64,000 nt of DNA, taken from NCBI GenBank assembly GCA_018693315.1, contig JABHLR010000005.1, forward strand, positions 97,049 to 161,048, written 5' to 3'. Numbering within the stretch: position 1 is the stretch's first letter; each line of letters begins with the position of its first letter. This document shows positions 1-9,315 of this stretch, in pieces. The notes beneath the pieces were generated by a model, which was not told where the DNA came from, did not search any database, and saw only the letters and a list, made by a program, of their open reading frames with translations. Both the position numbers and the translations under genes were made by a program. Source of the DNA: an archaeon. Lineage in GTDB: Archaea; Nanobdellota; Nanobdellia; Pacearchaeales; GW2011-AR1.

Positions 1-78
1 CATGCTGTGAATGAGCAAGAGGCACAAAATGTGATAGAGGCTTATAATGAAGAGACTGATGCTTGCTTTAGTTTGTGA
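1..78 (+). CDS. C-terminal fragment of a CDS entering from the left edge (hypothetical)
   Basis: Frame 1 is open from position 1 to TGA at 76-78 (HAVNEQEAQNVIEAYNEETDACFSL*). No recognisable domain. Confidence 0.25.
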   Translation, partial: HAVNEQEAQNVIEAYNEETDACFSL

Positions 79-136
79 TTTCGAGGTTGTTGTTTAGTAT
101 ACTAATTCTTATAAAGTTGGGTTGGAACGAAAAAGG

Positions 137-478
137 ATGCCAAGGAGAAATATAGCGCCGCTTGATTCTATGGGTAATCCGCTTAGAGTTGGTAGGAGGT
201 ATGTAGATGGGGCTACGCAAGTGGCGCCTTTTAATCTTAGGATTACTGCCATTCGGGAGGGTTATATTTCATGGCAGTATGATGCAGTTGGAGATAATCT
301 TGGAGATTGTGATAATTCGGATAATTGGTGTGAAACCGTTGAAGAACTTGCTGCTGAGTTTACTCCGTTGACTAGGAAGGATATTCATGATGAGGTTGCT
401 GAGTTGACGCGTAAGATAAAGTGGTATGCGGCTGGGTTTGATCTTGCTCCAGCCTCTAGTTCCAGAAGGGTAGGTTGA
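137..478 (+). CDS. hypothetical protein
   Basis: ORF 122..478. First ATG at 137 follows AAAAGG. No recognisable motif. Confidence 0.45.
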   Translation: MPRRNIAPLDSMGNPLRVGRRYVDGATQVAPFNLRITAIREGYISWQYDAVGDNLGDCDNSDNWCETVEELAAEFTPLTRKDIHDEVAELTRKIKWYAAGFDLAPASSSRRVG

Positions 479-958
479 TTATTTTTTGATTATTTTTTCT
501 GTGATTTTTTCTGTGATTGTTGGTTTTCTGTCTTGGAATACTGCTGGTTTTTGTTTTAGTTGTTCTTTGGTTTTTGCTAAAGGATTTTTCATGACTAGGT
601 TCATTATGACGTCGATTGCGTAGGCTAGGATTAGGTATAGGAGTAGATCGAGAATTAGGCCGATTGGTTTTGCTGTGCTGTCTCCTGTTAGCGCGAACTC
701 AATGAATGTCCAAGGGTAGCCGATTTTTACTACGATATCTGTATTCCCCGACATTAGTGAACCGAATGGGAATTGGAATACTGCGAGGATCATGACTGCG
801 AGAATTATTAGCCCGAATATTGATCCGGTTTTTTTTGTTGGGATGAATTGTTTTGGTATTACTTTGCCGAGATTTCCACCTGCTGTTTCTTTGCCGCCGG
901 CGTATTCATAATTTATTTTTTGTGGAGTTGGTTTTGCTGGAGTCACTTCTTTTTTCAT
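479..958 (-). CDS. hypothetical membrane protein
   Basis: 159 aa ORF with hydrophobic segments (SIFGLIILAVMILAVFQFPF, IGLILDLLLYLILAYAIDVIMNLV). Confidence 0.6.
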   Translation of the reverse strand: MKKEVTPAKPTPQKINYEYAGGKETAGGNLGKVIPKQFIPTKKTGSIFGLIILAVMILAVFQFPFGSLMSGNTDIVVKIGYPWTFIEFALTGDSTAKPIGLILDLLLYLILAYAIDVIMNLVMKNPLAKTKEQLKQKPAVFQDRKPTITEKITEKIIKK

Positions 959-980
959 GAGAGAGAATGGTGAATTGGCT

Positions 981-2246
981 TTAAATAATTTCTGCGAATC
1001 CGATTAGTCGCCAGTGGCTGTTTAGGTTTCTTGCGATTCCGATTGATTCGCCTTTAAGTGGGACGACTGGGATTTTTAGAGATAAGTCAACTTGATCTTT
1101 TCCTGTTTTTGTAACTTGACCGACGGTGATAGAAGTGTTTAGACTTAGCATTAGCATTTCGTTTGGTTTTAATGGTTGGACTGGTTCATGTTTTCCTGTT
1201 CCGAATACTTCGTCAAACAAAGTGTATTTTATTGTGATTTGCTCTTGAATTTCTGGAAGTGTTCCTTCGGTTGAAGCTACTCCGCCGGATAGAGAATCCG
1301 CTTTTGTTAGTGATGGGTCGAGTTCTGTTTCGATTGCTAGAGATCCGCCTGGCATTGCTTCGGTGATTGGGTATTCACCTTTTTGCATAGATACGATTTT
1401 TGATTTTACGGTTTTGTAATGATATGTGTTTTGTTTTTTGTAGGAGTAGCCTGGTTTGATTTCGATTGTGTCTCCGATTTTCAATGTCCCTTTTTTCAAA
1501 GCTCCGCCCAATACTCCGCCGTGTAGATTTTCTAGTTTTGTTCCTGGCTTGTTGATGTCGAAACTTCGTGCTACTAGGAATAATGGTTTTTCATCTTTGG
1601 CTGGTTTCGATGTTTCGATGTTGCATAAAACTTCTAGGACTTTGTCGATGTTTACTCCCTGTAGTGCTGAGACTGGAATGATTGGTGCGTTTTCAGCTAC
1701 GGTTCCTTTTACGAATTCTTTGATTGCTTTGAAATTTTCAACTGCTCGTTCTTTTGAGACTAGATCGATTTTGTTTTGGACGATGATTATGTTTTTGATT
1801 TTTTTTGCTTTAAGCGCCACAAGATGTTCTTGTGTTTGCGGTTTGATTCCTTCATTTGCTCCGACAACTAGAATTGCCGCGTCCATGATTGCTGCTCCCG
1901 AAAGCATTGTTGCCATTAGCATTTCGTGGCCTGGAGCGTCGACGAATGTGATGTATCTTTTTGGTTTTCCTTTCGCGTCTTTTTCTACGGATAATTTTCC
2001 GCCATCATCTTTTACGATTGCGTCTGCGTATCCGAGCTTGATTGTGATTCCTCTTTTGAGTTCTTCAGAGTGTGTGTCTGCCCATTTGCCTGATAGTCTT
2101 TGTAGGAGTGTTGTTTTTCCGTGGTCTATGTGCCCGACTATTCCTACGTTTATTGTGTCTAATTTTGATATGTCTTCCGACGGAACTAACAGTTCCCTGC
2201 AGGTAGCCTCCCTTGAGGTAGTCGACTTTGTCGTATCTTTTTCCAT
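981..2246 (-). CDS. eif2g: translation initiation factor aIF2 gamma subunit
   Basis: GTPase motifs GHIDHGKTT (G1), DAPGHE (G3), NKID (G4). Length and domain II/III-like C-terminus are typical of a/eIF2-gamma. Confidence 0.93.
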   Translation of the reverse strand: MEKDTTKSTTSREATCRELLVPSEDISKLDTINVGIVGHIDHGKTTLLQRLSGKWADTHSEELKRGITIKLGYADAIVKDDGGKLSVEKDAKGKPKRYITFVDAPGHEMLMATMLSGAAIMDAAILVVGANEGIKPQTQEHLVALKAKKIKNIIIVQNKIDLVSKERAVENFKAIKEFVKGTVAENAPIIPVSALQGVNIDKVLEVLCNIETSKPAKDEKPLFLVARSFDINKPGTKLENLHGGVLGGALKKGTLKIGDTIEIKPGYSYKKQNTYHYKTVKSKIVSMQKGEYPITEAMPGGSLAIETELDPSLTKADSLSGGVASTEGTLPEIQEQITIKYTLFDEVFGTGKHEPVQPLKPNEMLMLSLNTSITVGQVTKTGKDQVDLSLKIPVVPLKGESIGIARNLNSHWRLIGFAEII

Positions 2247-2275
2247 GTTAATAATTAAGAAAGTGGGTTTTTAGG

Positions 2276-2905
2276 TTATTCGGTTGGGCTTGGGGCCTCT
2301 AATATTTCTCCGTCGGTTGCGCCTGCCGAGCTGATTGCCGATTGGGCGAAGTCGCCGATTCTCATGATTAGTTCAATGGCTACGATGAATAGCAGGTAAT
2401 ATGGGACGTGTGAGAATAGTGACGGCACTTCTTTGATTCTTAAGAATAGCGCGCTGATGTCGAAGAAGCCTGCTGTTGTGATTGCGATTGCTAGGAGTGT
2501 GAATGGGAGCATTTTTGCCAGGTCTCTTGATAGGTCTTCGCTGACGTATGATGTGATTCGGACTGCTGCGACTAGAGCTGCTGATATTAGTAGAATTGTT
2601 GATGCGTCGAGTCCCTTTGATAGGACTAAAATTAGGATTGCTAGGACGGCGAACCAGAAGAATGTTAGAACTGGGAGGATTACTAGGTATTCGATGATGT
2701 AGAAAATTGTGGCTAGGAATTTTACTGTTGCTGGGTTTTCGTATTGGTTGTATTTGCTTAGGTTGAGTTCGATTAGGTTTTTCTTTGCGAGGAATCTGTA
2801 GAAGTAAAATACGAAGACGGCGTAGACGACGATTACGGCTGTGAAGAAAAGTAAGATTGGGGTTGTTCCCGATCCCGCTGCAAATATTCCTGCTAAGTCT
2901 ACCAT
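2276..2905 (-). CDS. polytopic membrane protein (hypothetical)
   Basis: 209 aa with at least 5 hydrophobic helices. Preferred over the overlapping low-complexity frame 2373..2912. Confidence 0.6.
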   Translation of the reverse strand: MVDLAGIFAAGSGTTPILLFFTAVIVVYAVFVFYFYRFLAKKNLIELNLSKYNQYENPATVKFLATIFYIIEYLVILPVLTFFWFAVLAILILVLSKGLDASTILLISAALVAAVRITSYVSEDLSRDLAKMLPFTLLAIAITTAGFFDISALFLRIKEVPSLFSHVPYYLLFIVAIELIMRIGDFAQSAISSAGATDGEILEAPSPTE

Positions 2906-2956
2906 GTATCACCTTATGGATTTAGGGGATGGTAGTTTATAAGAGTTTTGTGAGAA

Positions 2957-3403
2957 TTATTCTTTCTTTTCTTCTGCTGGAGCTTCTGCTGGTGTCTCTT
3001 CTGCTGGAGCTTCGAATAGGTCGTCGAATTTCTTTGAGCCTTCTTTGGCAACTTTTGAGTTAATCTGAACTGTGAATAGAGAAATTTCTTTTCCTCGAAC
3101 TGTTTTTCTTAATCTCAAACCTTTTGGTCTTTTGTTGGTTTTCTTTTCGCCTTTCGGTTTTTTGTGCATACCTTTTCCGTAGCTTAGTAAAACTTTGTGT
3201 AGGTTTGGTCCGTCGATGTTTGGCATTCCCATGAAGCCTGATTTGTCGGATGTTCCTGTGATTTCGATTTCGTAGCCTGTTAGATCTTCTGAGAATTCTT
3301 TGCCATCGATCTTGTCGCCGATTGAGTAGCCAGCTAGTGCTTCGCTTTCAGTCTCGACTTTGAATGTCTTTCCTTTGTGGGATACGTTTATTTTGAATAC
3401 CAT
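2957..3403 (-). CDS. rps6e: 30S ribosomal protein S6e
   Basis: N-terminus MVFKINVSHKGKTFKVE..., GFMGMP, and the basic RLRKTVRG region are typical of S6e. Has an acidic/Pro-Ala tail. Confidence 0.85.
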   Translation of the reverse strand: MVFKINVSHKGKTFKVETESEALAGYSIGDKIDGKEFSEDLTGYEIEITGTSDKSGFMGMPNIDGPNLHKVLLSYGKGMHKKPKGEKKTNKRPKGLRLRKTVRGKEISLFTVQINSKVAKEGSKKFDDLFEAPAEETPAEAPAEEKKE

Positions 3404-3483
3404 TTGTTTGTAATCTTTCCGAGGAGTTTTTCGTCCTCAGCTTAGATGATATTTGTTGTGTTTTTGGGTTTTTAAGTTTATTG

Positions 3484-4029
3484 CTAGAGGTTTAGCATCT
3501 TGTGATAGACTTTTGCTGTGATGTGGCAGTCGGCTAGTGCGTCGTGAGCTTTGCTGTAGTCTAGGTTGAAATGTTCTGAAAGAGTTTGGAGGTTACTTCT
3601 TCCATAGGGAACTATTCCTTTTTTTTGTAGGTTTCTCCAGATGTACATTGTGTCTTCGTGTTCGTGATGGAATATTGGGTCTTGGTCTTCTTTGACATAG
3701 AGAGCTGAGAGGAATCCTCTATCGAAGTGGAGGTTGTGCCCGACAAGGAGGGTTTTGTGAAGAGAATTTTTATCTATGAATTGGTTTATTTGTTTACATG
3801 CTGAGTTTGGAGTTATTGCAGTTTTGTTGTGTTCTTCTATATTTATTTTGTTTACTTTGAGGGCTTGAGGGTTTACTGAACCGCTGAGATGTCTTATGAA
3901 AATATGGCTTGAGTCTAGAATTTTTAGGAAGTCTTTTTCGACATCTATGTGTAACATTCCGACTGTTAGAAGGCTGTTGAATCTTGGCGAAAGTCCTGTC
4001 GTTTCTGTATCTATCACCAATCTTTCCAT
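3484..4029 (-). CDS. DEDDh 3'-5' exonuclease (DnaQ/RNase T-like)
   Basis: Exo I VIDTETTGL, Exo II GHNLHFDRGFL, Exo III HDALAD (H-x4-D). Confidence 0.85.
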   Translation of the reverse strand: MERLVIDTETTGLSPRFNSLLTVGMLHIDVEKDFLKILDSSHIFIRHLSGSVNPQALKVNKINIEEHNKTAITPNSACKQINQFIDKNSLHKTLLVGHNLHFDRGFLSALYVKEDQDPIFHHEHEDTMYIWRNLQKKGIVPYGRSNLQTLSEHFNLDYSKAHDALADCHITAKVYHKMLNL

Positions 4030-4060
4030 TTTGTAGAATGTTGAAGAGGGTTTATATTGA

Positions 4061-5110
4061 TTATTGTTCCCCGATGATTGAGAATTCTAGGCGGTCTTGT
4101 CCGAATGTTGGGTGCTCTTCTACTCTGGCCACCTTTATTTTATCATAGAGATTAATTACTTCGTTCATATCTAGGATTATTCTTTTGTTTTGTTTGTCGA
4201 TGTGAAATTTTTTAGTTAGTTTTTTGATTTGTTTCTTTGCTGTTGTTAGTTTTTCATAGTAGTGGGCGAAGTATACTACGGTTCCTTCATCTGTTTGGTT
4301 TCCTAACGGTAGGATGTTGTGTTTTAGCAATCGGTTAATGTATTGGTAGCAGTCTTTTGTTCTGGCCGTGCAGAGATGGACCTTGACTTTTAATTTTTCT
4401 TTTGTTGCTTTTTGGATTATTGATTTTCCGGCTGTTATCGAATTTCTTATTGTATATGTGTCTTCGTTGAATGTGTGCTTTTTTGTCATGATGTCGAAAT
4501 TTGTTTCTGAGAGTTCGAATTCATTTAGGTTTGCGAAACTGATGTAGTTTTTTAGTTCTTTAATAGTGTTGTAGATTTCCTTTTTCTTGTCTGGAATCAT
4601 TGGGACTTCTATTCCTGTGTTTGTTTTTCCGAATATTTTTGATGCTAATTTTATTTTATTTAATTCTTCTTCGTGTTTTGAGTTGTCGATTAGGAATGAT
4701 GGGTGGAATCTTATTTCGTCTATGTATTTGTTTAATTTTAGAAGTTTTTTCTCTGTGACTAGATTCAGTGGGAGGTAGATGTGGATGTGGAATTTCTTTC
4801 CGAACTTTTTCTTTAGAGCCTTTGCGTATTTCATTGTTTTTTTGAAGTATACTAGAGGGTCGCCGCCAGTTATTCCGGCGCCTTTTGCGTTGGATTCTAT
4901 TGCTTCTTTAATCATTTCTTTAGAATTTTTTATTGGTCTTTCGTTTGCGTATGCTTTTGGGGAGTTTTTTCTGTTTTTAGATAGTGAGCAGTACCAGCAG
5001 TTTCTTGAGCATTTGCCGCCTATGAATAGGACTAGTTTTTCACCCTTTACGCAGAACTTGCAGCCTTTGCACACATCTGGACTACAGAATGATTCGAATT
5101 TGGTTTTCAT
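4061..5110 (-). CDS. radical SAM domain protein (PFL-activase-related family)
   Basis: CX3CX2C cluster motif CSRNCWYC, followed by the GGDPL glycine-rich SAM motif. Confidence 0.8.
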   Translation of the reverse strand: MKTKFESFCSPDVCKGCKFCVKGEKLVLFIGGKCSRNCWYCSLSKNRKNSPKAYANERPIKNSKEMIKEAIESNAKGAGITGGDPLVYFKKTMKYAKALKKKFGKKFHIHIYLPLNLVTEKKLLKLNKYIDEIRFHPSFLIDNSKHEEELNKIKLASKIFGKTNTGIEVPMIPDKKKEIYNTIKELKNYISFANLNEFELSETNFDIMTKKHTFNEDTYTIRNSITAGKSIIQKATKEKLKVKVHLCTARTKDCYQYINRLLKHNILPLGNQTDEGTVVYFAHYYEKLTTAKKQIKKLTKKFHIDKQNKRIILDMNEVINLYDKIKVARVEEHPTFGQDRLEFSIIGEQ

Positions 5111-6853
5111 TTAAATTCCCCAAGTTGGATTTTCTCGTCTCTTGATTTGTGCGATTTCTTGCAAAATAGATTTTTCCTCACTTGAAAGTAAATTTTTGTG
5201 TTCTTTGAATTTTCTGAATTCTGTTTCTGATAGGTTTGTGTAAAGTGGTTCGCCTACAGTTAGTTGTCTTTCGAAATTTACTCCTGGCATTGAGATTGCT
5301 AATTCTTGTCCTTTTTTTCCTTCTTGAACATTGTTTCTTTCGTGTTGTATTTCTTTTATCTGTCCGATTTTTGTGTCATCTTTATTTATGAATCGTTCTC
5401 TATTTTTTAGTAGGCCGCCGTTTACAATTACGCCAAAAACTGCAGGGGATGAATTTCTGAAAACGAAATCTAGAGTTGTTAGTTTACAGATCCTTGGGAG
5501 TTCTTCTAATTTCTTTCTTTCGATTTCTTGAATTTTTTCGGCTTTCCATTTTTCGAGGTTTTCGATTAATTTGTAGACTACTGGATCTGTTAGGACTTTG
5601 ATATTTTTTAGTTCTTCTAGTTCTTCTAGTTCTTCGGCAAGATTTACGTTGAAGCCGAGTAGAACTTTATCTTCTTCTGGTAGTGTGTTTGTCATGTAGA
5701 TATCTTTTTTCGTTATTGGTCCGATTCCTGCTTTCATTACTGGGATTTGGTTTTGTCTTAGTAAAACAAGTAGCGCTTCTAGGGATCCTAGTGAGTCTGC
5801 TTTTACAACTATCCCGTGTCCGTCAGTTTGGATTTCTTCTTCCATTTCTTCTGTGAATTCTTCGGATATTTTTTCGAATGTGTTTTCTTTGGTGATTACT
5901 TGAAAAGGCATGCCGGGTAAGATTTCTTCTTTGGATGTTATTTGTACTTTGAGTCCCGTCGCTGCTTCGACTTTTGTTTCTGTTTTGTATCCTTTGTTCA
6001 ATGGCTGTGCTTCTTGGATGTTTCGTATTTTTGTTTGGATTGCGCCTTCTTCTATTGATGCGATTGCGATTTCATCTGTGCTTGATAGTTTCCCGTCGTA
6101 TAGTATGCATTCTAGGAAGTTCATTGCCTTGTCTTTTTTGACTTCTAAGACTACTCCTTTTCCCTGTTCTCGAACTTCGATTCTGTCTTTTAGGAATTTT
6201 TGCGATAGGGCTGTTAGCATTGCGAGGATTTCTGAGATTCCTTCGCCTGTTTGTGCTGAGCATGGGACGATTGCTACGTTTTGAGTGAAGTCGTCGATTT
6301 TTGAGTACATTTCTGCTGTGATTCCGTGAGAATGTAGCGCTCCGATTATTGTGTAGAATTTTTCGTCGAAGTTTTGTTTTACGTTTGTTGCTTGGTTTTC
6401 GATTGATTCTAGTGAGAGTAAAGATTCTGATGACTTCCAGCCTGATATGTTGTCTAGTTTGTTTAGGGCGATTATGAAGGGAGTTTTGTTTGCTTTTAGG
6501 ATTGATAAGACTTCGGCTGTTTGCGGTTTTATTCCGTCGTTGATGTCGATTACTAGGACTGCGATGTCAGCTAGGGAGCCGCCTCGTTTTCTTAGGTTTG
6601 TAAATGCTGCGTGGCCAGGCGTGTCGATGAAAAGTAGTCCTGGGATTTCTACTGGGATTTTGAATTTCTCTAGAGTTGTTCCAGCTCTTTGTTCGATGTT
6701 TTTTTGAGGTAATGTTGTGAACGAGATTTTTTGTGTGATTCCGCCCGCTTCCCCTTCTTGTATAGAGGTTCCTCTAATTTTGTCGAGGATGCTTGTTTTT
6801 CCGTGATCGACGTGTCCTGCTACTGTGACGATTGGTTGTCGTATGTTTGTCAT
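5111..6853 (-). CDS. infB: translation initiation factor aIF5B (IF2 homologue)
   Basis: VAGHVDHGKTSILDKIRGT, DTPGHAAF, NKLD. About 580 aa, the usual archaeal aIF5B length. Confidence 0.93.
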   Translation of the reverse strand: MTNIRQPIVTVAGHVDHGKTSILDKIRGTSIQEGEAGGITQKISFTTLPQKNIEQRAGTTLEKFKIPVEIPGLLFIDTPGHAAFTNLRKRGGSLADIAVLVIDINDGIKPQTAEVLSILKANKTPFIIALNKLDNISGWKSSESLLSLESIENQATNVKQNFDEKFYTIIGALHSHGITAEMYSKIDDFTQNVAIVPCSAQTGEGISEILAMLTALSQKFLKDRIEVREQGKGVVLEVKKDKAMNFLECILYDGKLSSTDEIAIASIEEGAIQTKIRNIQEAQPLNKGYKTETKVEAATGLKVQITSKEEILPGMPFQVITKENTFEKISEEFTEEMEEEIQTDGHGIVVKADSLGSLEALLVLLRQNQIPVMKAGIGPITKKDIYMTNTLPEEDKVLLGFNVNLAEELEELEELKNIKVLTDPVVYKLIENLEKWKAEKIQEIERKKLEELPRICKLTTLDFVFRNSSPAVFGVIVNGGLLKNRERFINKDDTKIGQIKEIQHERNNVQEGKKGQELAISMPGVNFERQLTVGEPLYTNLSETEFRKFKEHKNLLSSEEKSILQEIAQIKRRENPTWGI

Positions 6854-6903
6854 GTATTATGGAGTATAGATTTATTTTTAAAGGTTGATGTTGAGTTGTT
6901 CTT

Positions 6904-7332
6904 ATGCCAAACGGATCTGACAGAGAGACTAGTGTAGAAACGGGATTAGGTGTAGCTCTTGGGGGCATGGTTATTTGTGATCATTATATTGTTGGAGCGG
7001 ATCCTAACTTGGTTTCGGTTGCAATGCCTATGTCGCAGAATGATTATGATTCAATTAAGGAGGGGCTGGAGGTTCAGGCTGGAGCTCCCTGTGAGCGGCA
7101 TATCGGGCAGGTGGTTGATAGAAAGGATAAGCCACTCGGGACAGGCCCGACGCATTATAATTTTAGGGGTGACTGTTATCTTATGAGAAATGGTGTTGCT
7201 CAGATTGGAACTGCTGAAACGACTGCGAATATGGAAGGATTTGGTATGGTAAGGTTGTTTTCGGGAACGACAGAGCAGCAGCATGCTTTGCGAGAAGAAA
7301 TTTCTTCGGCTTGTAGTTTGGGGCGAATTTAG
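6904..7332 (+). CDS. hypothetical protein
   Basis: 142 aa ORF, locally GC-richer. No recognisable motif. Confidence 0.45.
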   Translation: MPNGSDRETSVETGLGVALGGMVICDHYIVGADPNLVSVAMPMSQNDYDSIKEGLEVQAGAPCERHIGQVVDRKDKPLGTGPTHYNFRGDCYLMRNGVAQIGTAETTANMEGFGMVRLFSGTTEQQHALREEISSACSLGRI

Positions 7333-7385
7333 AGTTTGTGATTTTTGGGTAATAGGTTTTTAAAGGTTGATAATTTTTGGTTTTT

Positions 7386-7652
7386 ATGAGATATAGTATT
7401 GATGATTTGGAGAAGGATTATGAGCTGGAGCTGGATCGGATTGTTAAGGAGATTGAGAAAGAAAAGGCTGAGAGTGTTTTGTTGCAGTTGCCGGATGGGT
7501 TGAAGCCGTATGTTTTGGCGATTAGTGATTATTTGGAAGAGAAGACTTCTGCGAAAGTTAGTATTTGGCTAGGTGCTTGTTTTGGTGCTTGTGATTTGCC
7601 CGATAGTGATGCCGATTTGGTGATTCAGTTTGGGCATTCGCCGTGGAAGTAA
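7386..7652 (+). pseudogene. dph2: N-terminal fragment (~88 aa) of diphthamide synthase Dph2
   Basis: SVLLQLPDGLKPY...GACFGACDLPDSDADLVIQFGHS matches the N-terminal domain of archaeal Dph2 (normally ~330 aa). The ORF stops at TAA and no continuation is visible in any frame. Confidence 0.55.
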
Positions 7653-7721
7653 TATTAAGTAGTGTTTAAATTTAAGTAGGAAGTTTTAAATAGTGTTATG
7701 AATATATATGCATAACTAAAT

Positions 7722-7883
7722 ATGGAGAAAAATAAGATGGCGAACAAAGACGGAACTGGACCAGAAGGAAAGGGTCCAAAAACTGGAAGGCAAATGGGAA
7801 GCTGCGAAGGGGCAGAACCTGTTGTTGGGCGAGAACGAAGACCGAGGTGTGGTTGCGGGCAAGGCCGAAGAGCCAGGGGCTAA
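7722..7883 (+). CDS. DUF5320-like small protein (53 aa)
   Basis: Hand translation: MEKNKMANKDGTGPEGKGPKTGRQMGSCEG...RCGCGQGRRARG. It has the DGTGP-x-G-x-GP-x-TGR signature and sits directly before a DUF134 gene. Absent from the ORF track because it is under 60 aa. Confidence 0.6.
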   Translation: MEKNKMANKDGTGPEGKGPKTGRQMGSCEGAEPVVGRERRPRCGCGQGRRARG

Positions 7884-7884
7884 A

Positions 7885-8163
7885 ATGGTTAGGCCTTGTG
7901 TCCGAAGAAGAGTTAGGGGAAAACCTAATTCTTCTTATTTTAAACCTGCGGGAATTAGAATGATCGATTTGAAAGAATCGGTTTTAGATATGTCTGAATT
8001 TGAGGCGATTCGCTTAGTTGATTCTTTGGGTATTTCACAGGAAGAAGCTGGAGCTAAAATGAAAATTTCTCAGTCTACTTTGTCTAGGGTTTTGAAGAAT
8101 GGCAGGAAGAAAATTTCTGATGCTATTGTGGGTGGAATGGCTATTCGGATAGAAGGAAACTAG
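7885..8163 (+). CDS. DUF134/UPF0251 family putative DNA-binding protein
   Basis: MVRPCVRRRVRGKPNSSYFKPAG...EFEAIRLVD...SQEEAGAKMKISQSTLSRVL (C-terminal HTH). ATG at 7885 lies 1 nt after the upstream stop. Confidence 0.75.
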   Translation: MVRPCVRRRVRGKPNSSYFKPAGIRMIDLKESVLDMSEFEAIRLVDSLGISQEEAGAKMKISQSTLSRVLKNGRKKISDAIVGGMAIRIEGN

Positions 8164-8205
8164 TTTCATCTTAATGTTTTTAAAGTTGGTTTTATAGTGG
8201 TTTTT

Positions 8206-9276
8206 ATGAAGAAGTTTAATTTGTTGCTTGTTGGGTTGCTTGTTGTTTTGACTTTGGTTAGTTTTGCTTCGGCGGGAGATGTTAGCGTTAATTATTTTTA
8301 TGGTGAGGGTTGTCATGTTTGTGCGGCTGTTGCGGAATCTGGGTTGATCGATAGGGTTGATGGTTTGGAAGGCGTTAGCGTCGAGAAGTTTGAGGTTTAT
8401 CATGATGATTCGGGTAGGGAAAAGTATATTGAAACTGTTAGTGGTTTTGGTATTTCTCAGTATGATTGGGGCGTTCCTTTTGTTGCGATTGAGTGTGAAA
8501 ATGATTCTACCTATATTATGGGTGGTTCTATGATTGATAGTCTTGAAGAAAAAATTGTGACCTGTGAGCAGAATGGTGGGGACGGAAACGTTTCTCCGAT
8601 TGATCCGAATGCACATAAAATTACATTGTGGTCTTTGATTGTTGCTGCGCTTATTGATTCTATTAATCCTTGTGCTTTTGGTGTTTTGATTTTTTTGATG
8701 TTGAGTTTGTTGAATATGGGTTCTGCCAAGAGGGCTTTGCGTGCTGGTCTTCTTTACACTTTTGTTGTTTTTGTTGTTTATTTCTTTGCTGGGTTTGGTA
8801 TTTTTTCTGCGATTCAGCAATTTACTTCTGTGACTTATTATATCTATATGTTTTCTGGTGTTTTGGTTTTGGTGCTTGGTTTGTGGCAGTTTAAGGATGT
8901 GTTTTTTCCTAAGATTGGTCCGACTTTGCAAATTTCATCTAAGGCTAAGCCGTTGATGGAGAAAATTATTCGGAAGGGAACTTTGCCTGCGATGGTTCTT
9001 TTGGGAATTGTTGTTTCTTTGTTTGAGTTGCCGTGTACTGGTGGAATTTATTTGGGAATTTTGACGATGATGTCGATTAACAAGACTTTTGCAGTTTCAT
9101 ATTTATTGATTTATAATTTGATTTTTGTTTTGCCTTTGGTGATTTTGACGTTTTTGATTTATCGCGGTATGTCTCCTAGGGTTTTGCAGAAATGGACTCA
9201 GGGTGAGAGGAAGTGGATGAAGCTTGGAGCGGGTGTTGTTTTGGTTTTGCTTGGGTTGTATATACTTTTATTTTAG
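8206..9276 (+). CDS. thioredoxin-like domain fused to a CcdA/DsbD-type thiol-disulfide transporter
   Basis: Signal/TM segment, CxxC (GCHVCAAV), then a membrane domain with SINPCAFGVL and ELPCTGGIY, the paired Cys motifs of the DsbD_2/CcdA family. Confidence 0.75.
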   Translation: MKKFNLLLVGLLVVLTLVSFASAGDVSVNYFYGEGCHVCAAVAESGLIDRVDGLEGVSVEKFEVYHDDSGREKYIETVSGFGISQYDWGVPFVAIECENDSTYIMGGSMIDSLEEKIVTCEQNGGDGNVSPIDPNAHKITLWSLIVAALIDSINPCAFGVLIFLMLSLLNMGSAKRALRAGLLYTFVVFVVYFFAGFGIFSAIQQFTSVTYYIYMFSGVLVLVLGLWQFKDVFFPKIGPTLQISSKAKPLMEKIIRKGTLPAMVLLGIVVSLFELPCTGGIYLGILTMMSINKTFAVSYLLIYNLIFVLPLVILTFLIYRGMSPRVLQKWTQGERKWMKLGAGVVLVLLGLYILLF

Positions 9277-9315
9277 GATGATAAATTTTAAGTAGTTAGA
9301 ATTGTTTGATGTTGT

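Noticed and set aside
2373-2912. 179-aa alternative frame overlapping the 2276..2905 membrane protein.
   Set aside because: It has Arg/Asn/Pro/Ser-rich low-complexity sequence. The other frame gives coherent TM helices.
8035-8931. 298-aa minus-strand ORF, and similar antisense ORFs at 1456..2274, 20250..21026, 50083..50751, 52635..53258 and 62949..63923.
   Set aside because: All are antisense to genes with strong motifs, are rich in N/K/I/R/P repeats, and lack start signals.
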